Shown in pieces: positions 25,340 to 36,680 of a stretch of 64,000 nt of DNA (position 1 is the first letter of the stretch; every line of letters starts with the position of its first letter). Position numbers and translations under genes: made by a program. Source of the stretch: Octopus sinensis (Eukaryota); the NCBI RefSeq assembly GCF_006345805.1, contig NC_043003.1, forward strand, positions 95,914,001 through 95,978,000, in the 5' to 3' direction. The notes under the pieces are model-generated. The model was not told the origin of the DNA, did not search any database, and saw nothing but the letters and a program-made list of their open reading frames with translations.

Positions 25340-26270
25340 AATGCCAACCACTTCATGAGTGTACTGGATACTTTTACGCAGCACAAGCATGGGTGCTTTT
25401 TACATGGCACCAGCATCCACAAACCCACAAGATAGGGATGCAGGGGACATGCCTATATGCAAGGACAACCTCAATTCTATTTAGCTTGACATGTCTTCTC
25501 AAGCACAGCAAACCCCAAGAGTTTTGGTCCCCTGTCATCCATTCTGTGAATTCCAACATCCGTAGATCCTTTCACACCACTTTGTTCCACTTCTTTCTGG
25601 GTCTACCCCTTCCACATGTTCCCTCTACAATTAGAGATCGACACCTCTTGATGCAGCTGTCTTCATTCATATGCATTACATGACCATAGTAAGGTGGTGA
25701 GCTGGTAGAAACGTGAGCATGCCAGGCGAAATGCTTAGCAGTATTTCGACTGTCTTTACGTTCTGAGTTCAAATTCCGCTGAGGTCGACTTTGCCTTTCA
25801 TCCTTTTGGGGGTCGATTAAATAAGTACCAGTTATGCACTAGGGGTCGATGTAATCAACTTAATTCCTTTGTCTGTCCTTGTTTGTCACCTCTGTGTTTA
25901 GCCCCCTGTGGGCAATAAAAAAAAATTTTTTTAAAAATTACATGACCATACTAGTGCAGACATCTTTTTTCTCTCAAATCACTTACACTCTGTCATATAT
26001 GCACACTGACATTACCAGTGGAGCATACAGGCTTCATATCCTCAGTAGTCACAGCCTATGTCTCACTGCAATAGTGGTAAAGTCATTCATACACAGGCAT
26101 CATACAATCTGCCTTTCACTTTGACGGAGAGGTCCTTCATTACTAACAAAGGTAATAGTTCTCTGAACTTCACCCAGCCTATTCTTATTGTAGCAGCTAT
26201 GCTTTCAGAACAATTTCTCCCACTACTAACTTGGTCACCTAAGTAACAGAAACTGTCCACTTCTTCTAAG
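25340..26270 (-). mobile_element. RTE 3' fragment interrupted by a family B SINE
   Basis: Minus-strand IVEGTCGRGRPRKKWNKVV and YLGDQVSS-like pieces. The SINE at ~25691-25920 is flanked by 14-bp TSD ATTACATGACCATA (25675-25688 and 25937-25950). Confidence 0.85.
25691..25920 (+). mobile_element. SINE family B
   Basis: Same unit as 29038-29267, with 14-bp TSD. Confidence 0.9.
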
Positions 26271-27165
26271 GCAGTTTTTATTACTTAGGTGACCAAGTTA
26301 GTAGTTTGGAAGGTTATTTTAATAAATTTTTTATTATTTTCAAAATTAATAGAAATTTGAACAGAAATATGGCAACAAAAGGGTTAATGTCAGAAGCACT
26401 CTAAACTCTATTGTAATGATAATTTTATTTGGTATTATTCTTGTATTTTAAATTAGTTATATTTGTGCTATCTCTTTGTAGCACAACTAAATTTTGCTAC
26501 TTTCAGAATGTTTAAGGAAATGGATAACGGATGAGAAATGATAGCAATCTTTCTATGATTTAGCAAGATGTTTGGGTTGTTAATTTTTAAGGCCAACAGG
26601 TCAGATTCTTCATACACGACTACTAAAAATAAATGGATTTGTGAAGATAGCAGTGAGAAACAAAACATTTAAGTAACTGACAGACTAAGAAATAAATATT
26701 TGTTATCTGAGCATTATTATGAGCAATTAAATACCAAAATAAATACATAGTTTATACATGTAAACATGCACGTACAACATCCACTTATCCTGAAATATAT
26801 ATTTTCTACATAGATTGCATGTACATTATCTATAGCAAGAAAATCAAAGATGTACATTATTTTAAAGAGCAGTTGTGAAATAGAACAGCAGTACAGTCAA
26901 GAACAGTATATTCAAATGCAGTGATATTTAACAATCAATAATCTAAAAGGGGATATTTGGAGCAATGCATTTGTGATAAGTGTAACAGATGTTATTGCTA
27001 CAACACCAAGGAGCATTCATGCATATAAATACACATCATAGTTGTAACTGGTTAAAGAGGTGAAAAGTTAGATCTATCAGCCAAAGAGATGATTGTTCAC
27101 ATCCAATCAGTAGCATTGTGATATGTCCCTGGAAATGATAACATGGCTAATGTTTATTCACTTAA

Positions 27166-27375
27166 CCCTTTAGTGTTTAAACCGGCCATACCAGGCCAAC
27201 TGTTTTATGCTCAAACCAGCCAGCTCTGACCTCTCACACCTACCCTACAAAGTCAGTCTAAAAATAAACAGGGGCATCATCAAAATCTCAGAGTTACAAG
27301 ATGCTGTACAATTAATTTAAAACAATGTAATTAAACAGGCTTTACATTTGACAGATTAATCTGAATGCTAAAGGG
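27166..27375. mobile_element. piggyBac-type MITE
   Basis: TTAA|CCCTTTAG ... CTAAAGGG|TTAA; related copy at 38204-38426. Confidence 0.8.
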
Positions 27376-28299
27376 TTAAAAGGATGTAATGTGATATGAT
27401 GATGAACAGTTTGTGTTGGGGACGGTAGGAGCACTATATAATTGATGGGTGTTTTGTAATCTTGAAGTAATAAATTCATATGCTCTCTTTTGATAAAATT
27501 ATCTGCAATACTGAGTACTAATCAAGACTGAGATTTAAGATATATTTGTTTTCTAATTAACTTTAGGTAACCCAGAGATATGTATCTATATTGAATGAAA
27601 ATAATGTTAGCCCTCCAATATGTATGTGTGTGTGTGTATGTCTGTATTTCAAAAAGTTAACAAAAACACAACAAATGGAAAATTTTACAAAAACATTATA
27701 AACAGAGAATTCATAGCTAATTCTTCATCAGTCAACATTCAAAAGATCATTACAATTTTGTGCCTTTAACAGACACACACACACACACAATTCTATCCTC
27801 TGGCAAAACTCCTCTCAACACATCTCCCCCCATCCACCCACTACAGACCCCCCCACCACTCTCCCGCATGTGCCTACCAACACATTCTCCACGCCTTTTC
27901 ATATCTACCTTACCCATCACACAGCTATTCCAATTCCTCTCATCATCACACCCTCTCCAACCATCTCCCGTCACATTCTTATGGCACATCTCCTCTATCC
28001 CCTCTGTATTACTTATACTTCCCCCTCTACTGTTTCCTGTGGGTAGGCTCTCTCTCTCACCCTCAGTTTGAGTGTCTCTATCTTTCTTTCTAACTCTCTC
28101 CCAACTCCCTCTCACTCCTTGTCCAACTGAAGTAGTCATGTATCTCCTTTGTAGTAAGACAACTATCCTTGTCTCTCCAACTTTCTCTAACCTCGTCTGG
28201 CACACAGTTACTTGTCTCTGCTCCACTCCTTCTCTCAACTGAGAGATCTTTGCTTTGCAAGTACTTGGCAACCATATGGGGCCACATATAAAGTACCCA

Positions 28300-28720
28300 T
28301 AGTGGTGCCACATAAAAAAACCTGTGCTGGAGCCATTGTGCAAAGCACCTATGCTGGTGCCACATAAAAAGCATCTACTGAGGCTCCACATGAAAAATGC
28401 CCATGTTAACACTATGTAAAAGATATCCATGGTGGCACAACATAGAAAGCACCCATGCTGCTACCACATAAAAAGTACCCATGCAGGTTCCACATATAAA
28501 GCCCCTCCATACTGGTACCATGTAAAAAGCACTCATGTAAAAAGTAACCAGTAGATTCTGTAAAAAGTGCTTGACGTTTGGAAGAGTACCCAGTAATAGA
28601 AACCATGCCAAAACAGACAATTGAAGCCTGATGCAACTCTCCAGCTTGCCAGCCCCTTGTCAATCCACCTAACCCATGTCAGCATGGAAAACAGACATTA
28701 AATGATTATGATGATAATGT
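28300..28720 (+). mobile_element. Degenerate RTE 3'UTR tandem array plus terminal module
   Basis: About 7 decayed GGTGCCACATAAAAAGCACC units, then a diverged terminal module and GAT tail. Confidence 0.7.
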
Positions 28721-28779
28721 ATATGTTCATGTGTGTATGTGTATCCATTTCAGATTTACGATTAACTGTGTGTGTATGT

Positions 28780-29028
28780 GGCGTGTAAAAAGCACCATCC
28801 GATCGTGGCCGTTTGCCAGCCTCGTCTGGCACCTGTGCTGGTGGCACGTAAAAAGCACCCACTACACTCACGGAGTGGTTGGCGTTAGGAAGGGCATCCA
28901 GCCATAGAAACATTGCCAAATCAGACTGGGCCTGGTGCAGCCTTCTGGCTTCCCAGACCCCAGTTGAACCGTCCAACCCATGCCAGCATGGAAAGTGGAC
29001 GCTAAACGATGATGATGATGATGATGAT
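28780..29028 (+). mobile_element. RTE 3' terminal module
   Basis: Near-consensus module with (GAT)n tail. Confidence 0.88.
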
Positions 29029-29037
29029 ATATATACA

Positions 29038-29267
29038 GGCGCGAGCTGGCAGAAACGTTAGCACGCTGGGCGAAATGCTTAGCGGTATTTCGTCTGCCGT
29101 TACGTTGTGAGTTCAAATTCCGCCGAGGTCGACTTTGCCTTTCATCCTTTCGGGGTCGATAAATTAAGTACCAGTTACGCACTGGGGTCGATGTAATCGA
29201 CTTAATACCTATGTCTGTCCTTGTTTGTCCCCTCTGTGTTTAGCCCCTTGTGGGTAATAATGAAATA
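29038..29267 (+). mobile_element. tRNA-derived SINE, family B
   Basis: GGCGCGAGCTGGCAGAAACGTTAGC head, GAGTTCAAATTCC B box, central GCCTTTCATCCTTTCGGGGTCGATAAATTAAGTACC. At least 6 copies in the window. Confidence 0.9.
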
Positions 29268-29279
29268 GATATATATACA

Positions 29280-29690
29280 GGCGCAGGAGTGGCTGTGTGG
29301 TAAGTAGCTTGTTTACCAACCACATGGTTCCGGGTTCAGTCCCATTGCGTGGCACCATGGACAAGTGTCTTCTACTATAGCCTCGGGCTGACCAAAGCCT
29401 TGTGAGTGGATTTGGTAGACAGAAACTGAAAGAAGCCCGTCGTATATATGTATGTATATATATGCGTGTGTCTGCTCGTGTGTCTGTGTTTGTCCCCCTA
29501 GCATTGCTTGACAACCGATGCTGGTGTATTTATGTCCCCGTTACTTAGCGGTTCGGCAAAAGAGACTGATAGAATAAGTACTGGGCTTACAAAAGAATAA
29601 GTCCCGGGGTCGAGTTGCTCGATTAAAAGCACTGCTCCAGCATGGCCGCAGTCAAATGACTGAAACAAGTAAAAGAGTAAAAGAGTATAT
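29280..29690 (+). mobile_element. SINE family A, full length
   Basis: Full head, linker and tail. Confidence 0.9.
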
Positions 29691-30131
29691 ATATATATAT
29701 ATATGAGGGGTGCTGAAACATACATTCCTGGCTTTAGGTAAAAGAAAATACAGGAGGATCGGTTAATTATGATTTTATTCAACATATTCTGCTCTCAGAT
29801 TCACACACTTATTGCAGTGGTCCTTAAGTTTTCCTAAAGCCCTGTAAAAGAACTCGCAAGGTTGGGAGTCCAGCCAGGCCTTTCGACACCCTTGGTCTAT
29901 ATATATATATTCTTTTATTTGTTTCAGCCATTTGACTGCAGCCATGCTAAAGCACCATCTTAAAGGGTTGAAGAAATTGACCCCAAGACTTATTCTTTGT
30001 AAGTCTAGTACTTATACTTTTGGTCTCTTTTGCTGAACTGCTAAGTTACGGGGATGTAAATACCAACAATAGTTGTCAAGCAAAGGTGGGGGGAGGGACA
30101 AACACATGCACAAATACACACACATACGCGC

Positions 30132-30172
<41 letters not shown>

Positions 30173-30201
30173 GATAGATAGATAGATAGATATAGATATA
30201 G

Positions 30202-30233
<32 letters not shown>

Positions 30234-30397
30234 AAGCACAAGCATGGCTGTGTGGTAGGAAACTTGCTTCCCAACCACATGGTTCTGTTTTCAGTCCCAC
30301 TGCATAGCACCTTGGGCAAGTGTCTTCTAATATAGCCTCGGGCCGACCAAAGCCTTGTAAGTGGATTTGGTGGAAGGAAACTGAAAGAAGGCTGTCA

Positions 30398-30436
<39 letters not shown>

Positions 30437-30658
30437 GCGCGTGCGTTCATGCGCGTATGTGTGTGTATTTGTGCATGTGTTTGTCCCTCGTCTGGCACCT
30501 GTGCTGGTGGCACGTAAAAAGCACCCACTACACTCACGGAGTGGTTGGCGTTAGGAAGGGCATCCAGCCATAGAAACATTGCCAAATCATATATATATAT
30601 ACGTACATACATACATATATATCTATATCTATATCTATCTATCTATCTATCTATATAT

Positions 30659-30698
<40 letters not shown>

Positions 30699-30801
30699 TT
30701 ATATTGATAAAACGGTAAGATAACAAAAGAAAGAAAGAGACCTCAATATTATGTAAATAGAGGAAATTATCTATACAATATGTTACATTACTCGGTAGTC
30801 A

Positions 30802-30863
30802 AGATAAAACTCTGAGTTTCAGATGCCGAAGTGGAAATCCACACACCATCTCTTCGGTTATCT
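30802..30863 (-). ncRNA. Type I hammerhead ribozyme-like motif (variant core) in PLE left arm
   Basis: Minus strand: stem I AGAUAA/UUAUCU, core CCGAAGA, stem II GAUG..CAUC, extra U, GAAA, near-palindromic stem III (A)CUCAGAG(U), U17. Confidence 0.6.
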
Positions 30864-31045
30864 GGCTATTTGAAAACGTTATGAAAAAATACCGTTAAAA
30901 ATGAAGGGAAATTACTCTGTTATAACTCTGCTTGCCTGCGTACTTATACATCGCTCGCATTTTTCGTCATAAAAATTATATAAAAATACATAAAAATATA
31001 TAAAAATATATAAAATCTTCTTGGGACATAACACAGAAGCATGTT

Positions 31046-31436
31046 CTATCCGTTTTCTTTAGGGGACCAAAAACGTAACAGAAATTTAGTCACATGTGGG
31101 CATGATCCGAAAAGCTCTGTCCTTGTATTTAGACATGTGGTAGGGTCTAAGCTGCTTTTCCAGATAAGCCATCTCTCCATGTCGCATAAACCGCACCTTC
31201 CGCTGCCGTTAGTATAGGGCTTACATCTGGCCAAAATCTTCCATTGTATGTTATAATCGACACCTTTATCTCTTAAAGACCAAATATGATTGGATAATTG
31301 TGTCGCTTTTCTTTTGTTCCAGTGCCTAAAGCTCAAAGTGTGGTTATTGAACCTGGCCTTGAAATTACCCTCTGTCAGGCCCACGTATTTCTTCGTCGAA
31401 ACGGTGTCTTTAGTGGTTATAGAGTTTACGGTAGCT
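31046..31436 (-). CDS. PLE GIY-YIG endonuclease C-terminal fragment (open in the inverted arm)
   Basis: KYVGLTEGNFKARFNNH..LSNHIWSL..WKIL..CGLC..LNTRTELFGSCPH. Fragment only, no native start. Confidence 0.8.
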
Positions 31437-31437
31437 G

Positions 31438-32004
31438 GGTTCATATGATGGGGCAGGCATCTGTGATCTAATTGGACTCTTTCTCCTAGATACCTTCGGT
31501 AAGACATTCCCTAACGTACATTTCGCCATCTACAAAGATGATGCCCTCGCCTTAACAGCTAATACAAATGGACCAGCACAAGATCGTTTTAGGAAGGATA
31601 TTATCCAGTTAATGAAACACTTCGGACTTAGTATAACTATAGACACTAACCTGACGGTTGTCAATTTCTTAGACGTTTCCTTAGATCTTAATAATAATAT
31701 TTATAAGCCTTATAGGAAGCCCAATGATAGACTAAGTTATATTAATGTAGGTTCATGCCATCCCCCTATAGTATTCAAAAATTTAGTTAAAAATATTAGT
31801 AAGAGGATTTCTAGCCTCTCATCTAATGAGGACATCTTCAATAGTGTTGCCCCAGTTTATAATAAAGCTTTAAAAGATAGTGGTTTTAGCGAAAAAATAA
31901 AATATACACCTATCACCAGCCCAACAATAAGGAAAAGGAATAATAGAAATAGGAAGGTCATCTGGTTTACGCCCCTTACTCACCCGAGGTGGCCTTCAAT
32001 ATAG
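31438..32004 (+). pseudogene. PLE reverse transcriptase fragment
   Basis: Open frame from GSYDGA through YKDD to the thumb region, followed by frameshifts before GIY-YIG. Confidence 0.88.
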
Positions 32005-32813
32005 GTAAATATTTCCTAGCACTGATAGATAGACATTTTCCAGTTAACCATGCTTATAGGAAACTCTTTAATAGACACAATTTAAAAATTAGTTTTAGTT
32101 CAACTACCAATTTTAAAAACATAATCAATCATAACATACAAAAAAACACAAGAAGAAAACAGCTGTTCATGCAGGAATAAAGAATTGTGCCCGCTAAATG
32201 GAGCTTGCATGTCCAAGACCATCATATATGAAGCTACCGTAAACTCTATAACCACTAAAGACACCGTTTCGACGAAGAAATACATGGCCTGACAGAGGGT
32301 AATTTCAAGGCCAGGTTCAATAACCACACTTTGAGCTTTAGGCACTGGAACAAAAGAAAAGCGACACAATTATCCAATCATATTTGGTCTTTAAGAGATA
32401 AAGGTGTCGATTATAACATACAATGGAAGATTTTGGCCAGATGTAAGCCCTATACTACGGCAGCGGAAGGTGCGGTTTATGCGACATGGAGAGATGGCTT
32501 ATCTGGAAAAGCAGCTTAGACCCTACCACATGTCTAAATACAAGGACAGAGCTTTTCGGATCATGCCCCATGTGACTAAATTTCTGTTACGTTTTTGGTC
32601 CCCTAAAGAAAACGGATAGAACATGCTTTCTGTGTTATGTCCCAAGAAGATTTTATATATTTTTATATATTTTTATATATTTTTATGTATTTTTTATAAA
32701 TTTTTATGACGAAAAATGCGAGCGATGTATAAGTACGCAGGCAAAGCAGAGTTATAACAGAGTAATTTCCCTTCATTTTTAACGGTATTTTTTCATAACG
32801 TTTTCAAATAGCC

Positions 32814-32876
32814 AGATAACCGAAGAGATGGTGTTGTGGATTTCCACTTCGGCATCTGAAAATCAGAGTTTTATCT
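32814..32876 (+). ncRNA. Type I hammerhead ribozyme-like motif (variant core) in PLE right arm
   Basis: AGATAA-CCGAAGA-GATG..CATC-T-GAAA-ATCAGAG-TT-TTATCT; a C>A change weakens stem III relative to the left arm. Confidence 0.5.
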
Positions 32877-32972
32877 TGACTACCGAGTAATGTAACATAT
32901 TGTATAGATATATATATATATATATATATATATACGTACATACATACATATATATCTATATCTATCTATCTA

Positions 32973-33079
<107 letters not shown>

Positions 33080-33674
33080 GTACGTACATACATATATATG
33101 CATACCTCAATCAATTTATGTTGGTAATTAGTTTCAAGATATGCAACTTAACTTGAAAAACAATGTAACATGAAAAAATATTTTAAAACCTTTATTAGCT
33201 TATACCTGTTTTAATAAATGGCTTGCGCATGTTTTCATAAGTATTTCATTTGATTTTCCACTTCAGTATTGGTTTTTAGGTGTTTAATTTTTAATCATGC
33301 TTTTAAAATACGTTTGCTGAAACCGATGTAAAGCTGGATAATTTGATTGATGTAGAGGTTTATTTTTACCATTAATTTCTTTTTTTTAAAAAAAAAAAGC
33401 AATGAAGAATCAAAAAAGGCCAAACTTGAAATGATTTAAGTTGAGGTATGCCCATATATGTATATATGCACATATGTGTGTATGTGAGACATGGGAGCAA
33501 GTGTGTGTTTCTGTGTGGGTATGTGTGTGTGTGTATCTGTATCTATATCTATTTATGTATCTATTACCTGTCTGTCAATCTATCTATCTATCTATCTAAC
33601 TATGTATATATATATATGTATGTACGTATGTATGTATATATGTATATATTTATGTATGTGTAAATATATATATA

Positions 33675-33965
33675 TGGCCCAATGGTTAGGGCAGCGGACT
33701 CGTGGTCATAGGATCGCAGTTTCGATTCCCAGACCGGGCGTTGTGTGTGTTTATTGAGCGAAAACACCTAAAAGCTCCACGAGGTTCCAGCAGGGGGTGG
33801 TGATCCCTGCTGTCCTCTTTCACCACTCTTTCTCCAACTCTTTCTTCTGTTGGCCAGCTCGCTTAGCCAGCGGGGTGGCGTCATTTGAAGGCTAAAACAA
33901 TGCGAATGCATTGTGACCAGCGATGTGTAACTACATCTGATGGACTGGTCGGTCACGTGATCACG
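33675..33965 (+). mobile_element. tRNA-derived SINE, family C
   Basis: GGCCCAATGGTTAGGGCAGCGGACTC..GTTTCGATTCCC head; tail ...GGTCACGTGATCACGTG also present inverted at ~21815-21975. Confidence 0.85.
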
Positions 33966-33967
33966 TG

Positions 33968-34001
<34 letters not shown>

Positions 34002-34072
34002 GTACATATGTACACACACATATATATATATATCACACATATATATATATACACACACACACATACATATGT

Positions 34073-34115
<43 letters not shown>

Positions 34116-34272
34116 CACAGTAGATATATCTCTTATTATAAAATATATTATATACATGTATACATACATATATATATATGTATACATATATATGTATGTA
34201 TATATTTATGTATGCGTAAATATATATATATGCACACACATATACATACATATATATATACACACACATATA

Positions 34273-36185
34273 TCTCTTATGATAAATGGCAGATTTTCTC
34301 GGCCTCCCAAACCGTTCGTTTTTTATACAATTGTACAATATAGAATTTCTTCAATTGGAATTTACCTACGATTTTTACAAGTAGATTCGATTGGGTCATG
34401 GCATGTAAAGTTTTTTCTATTTGACCCCAATTAAGCAAAATTTCGAGAAAACTCAATATTTTACGATTTCCCTCTCTCACTTCAAAGGCTTTACTCCGCC
34501 TATTACTCCCACTTCCTCTTTACACACATAGACACGCAAACCTATACATATATGACAGTGTCAATTGTTGAAAGAAAATTGTAAGCTAAGGTGTGTATGT
34601 GTGTGTGTGTGTGCATGTGTGTGTGTATGTGTGAGTGTGTGTGTGTGTGCATGTGTGGATGAGTCATTAATAGAGGTCATCCTTTTTGCTAGAGGAAGAT
34701 CAGCTATGGTCTTATATGCTACACCACTGGTTTTCAATTCATATTAATCAAATTAATATTCAATTTTTCACCCTTATTATGTGTGTGTGTATTAGCAATT
34801 CGTATAAAATTGCATCAATGACTTGAACTTGAATAAGTGGTTTCACATAAATGGGGATAAATTAAAAGGGTTTGTTGTTATTATTACTGTTTGACTATTG
34901 TAATCACGTTTGTTGGTTCCTCGCCAGGGAAACATTGTTGTGTTGCATTTGTTAAATAATTGTAAAGCGTAACCCTCCCCCTTTCGGAGAAGGGGCTTTG
35001 GTTATTGTTTCAAAATTGAATTGTGTCCCTGTTTGGGGAAATTGACAATATTTTCACCGTCTTTACGGAAGCATTTTTGTTAAAATGCCTTTGGGAGGAT
35101 TTTTTTCCTGGACGCTCCTGGGGGCACTGGGAAAACTTTTGTCAACAAATTAATATTGGCTGAGATTAGGCGAACACAAGGCATTGCCCTAGCTGTGGCA
35201 TCATCTGGAATTGCGGCTACTTTGTTGCCAGGCGGCAGGACAGTTCACTCCACTTTCAAGCTTCCACTTCACTTAGCGAAGACTGAGACACCAGCTTGCA
35301 ACATCAGTAACAGCTTCGATCAGGCAGAAGTCTTCAGACGATGCAAGCTTATCGTTTGGGATGAATGCACGATGGCCCACAGACGTGCTCTTGAGGCACT
35401 AGATTGATCTCTCAGGGACATCAAACACTCTTCAGCTCCCATGGGAGGCATAACACTTCTTCTTTCATGGGACTTCCGACAAACACTTCCCATTATTCCC
35501 AAAGAGACTAGAGCTGATGCAGTAAGTGTGTGTCTTAAGTCATCCACATTGTGGCTGCTGGTGAAGACTCTCAAACTTCACACCAATATGCGTGCTCATA
35601 TGCGACGTAATATCACGTCAGCAGCATTTTCTCACACCCTCCTTGCACTTGGCGAAGGCAAAATACCAGGGGATGAAAATGGTAATATTGCCATCGATTC
35701 CATTTGTACCATTGTTAAAACGCCTTCTGATCTCAGAGATGCAGTGTTCCCAGATCTACAAGCTAATTATCAGAATATGGATTGGATTGGTCAAAGGGCT
35801 ATTCTGGCCCCGAGGAATAAAACTGTTCACCATATTAATGATGAGATGCTAAAACTCATTCCTGGGGAAATCTATGTATATAAGTCTATCGATACAACTC
35901 CTGACCCAGAAGACGTCATCAACTATCCAATAGAGGTACTCAATTCCTTTGAGCACCCCGGACTACATCCACACATTCTCAAACTTAAAGTTGGTGCCCC
36001 TATAATGCTAATTAGAAATTTGGTTCCCCCAAAACAATGCAATGGCACACGTTTGATCGTTAAGTCCTTATCTCCCACCGTAAACTTATATCAATATTTG
36101 CCTGAATAATCATCATAATTCAGTGCAATCATTAACAGTACTTTCAAGCAATTCAGCCACGAGCATCGCCGAGCAATTCTGCTAG
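34273..36185 (+). mobile_element. Internally deleted Helitron
   Basis: A|TC 5' end (TCTCTTATGATAAA), CTAG|T 3' end preceded by a GC-rich subterminal segment, PIF1 helicase fragment inside, no Rep domain. 5' boundary is less certain than the 3' boundary. Confidence 0.75.
35085..36075 (+). pseudogene. Helitron PIF1-family helicase fragment
   Basis: FLDAPGGTGKT (Walker A), SSGIAATLLPGGRTVHSTF, IVWDECTM (Walker B), DFRQTLP, ILAPRN, LKVGAPIMLIRNL..CNGTRL. One in-frame stop at 35405-35407. Confidence 0.93.
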
Positions 36186-36224
36186 TACATATATATATGC
36201 ATAGTAGATATATATATATATTAC

Positions 36225-36270
<46 letters not shown>

Positions 36271-36277
36271 GCATATA

Positions 36278-36640
36278 TGAGTACAGGACGTTACCAACAG
36301 TAAACAACATGAAATACGAAAACAAATAAGTTAAATATGCAAATAGCGAGAGGAAAAGTAATACAATGTAAAATGTAAAAGGACAAGTAATACAAAGATT
36401 GGTCCTTCATCAGTTAACCATAAATCCAAAATTTTATTTGGTATTCATGGAAGCAACTGTCTTTTCGAAGACTCATATTGTTGTTGATTGCTCGAAATGG
36501 GGAGTAGATAGACAGCCAACAACTGATGAAGGGTCACTCTTTGTATTACTTGTCCTTTTTTTCCTCTTGTTATTTGTGTATTTAACTCCTTTATTTTTGT
36601 ATTTGATGTTGTTTACTGTTGGTGACATCCTGTACCCATA
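36278..36640. mobile_element. Small inverted-repeat element, probably PLE-derived
   Basis: Diverged inverted arms 36278-36415 and 36520-36640 (GTACAGGA..CAAGTAATACAAAGA..CCTTCATCAGTT); decayed hammerhead-like core between them. Confidence 0.6.
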
Positions 36641-36680
36641 TATGCACATATGTATGTATATATATATATATATATATATA

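Larger units (their letters stand above)
30703..32909 (+). mobile_element. Penelope-like element (PLE), 5'-truncated, with inverted copy of its 3' end (fold-back)
   Basis: Plus strand: RT (GSYDGAGICDLIG..YKDDAL..VNFLDVSLDL..SCHPP) then GIY-YIG. 30703-31436 is the reverse complement of 32232-32909 plus ~65 extra bases. Confidence 0.93.

Noticed and set aside
26468-27150. GPCR-like hydrophobic reading on the minus strand starting MLSFPGTYHNAT
   Set aside because: Many stops and a frame change, no family motif; AT-rich DNA gives hydrophobic translations by chance.
28300-28560. CRISPR-like repeat-spacer appearance
   Set aside because: Units are decayed copies of the RTE 3'UTR repeat, spacers are related to each other, context is eukaryotic, and there are no cas genes.
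190-29785. Recurrent ORFs such as MTTDAGVF.., MSSNARGTNTD.. and ..PRCHAVGLNPEPCGW
   Set aside because: Chance frames of SINE family A, repeated with each copy; not a gene family.
35085-36075. Host PIF1 helicase gene
   Set aside because: Intronless fragment with a stop, Helitron-type motifs, enclosed by TC..CTAG termini.
36405-36532. CTGATGA motifs in both arms as complete hammerheads
   Set aside because: No correctly placed stem II/GAAA/stem III downstream of either.
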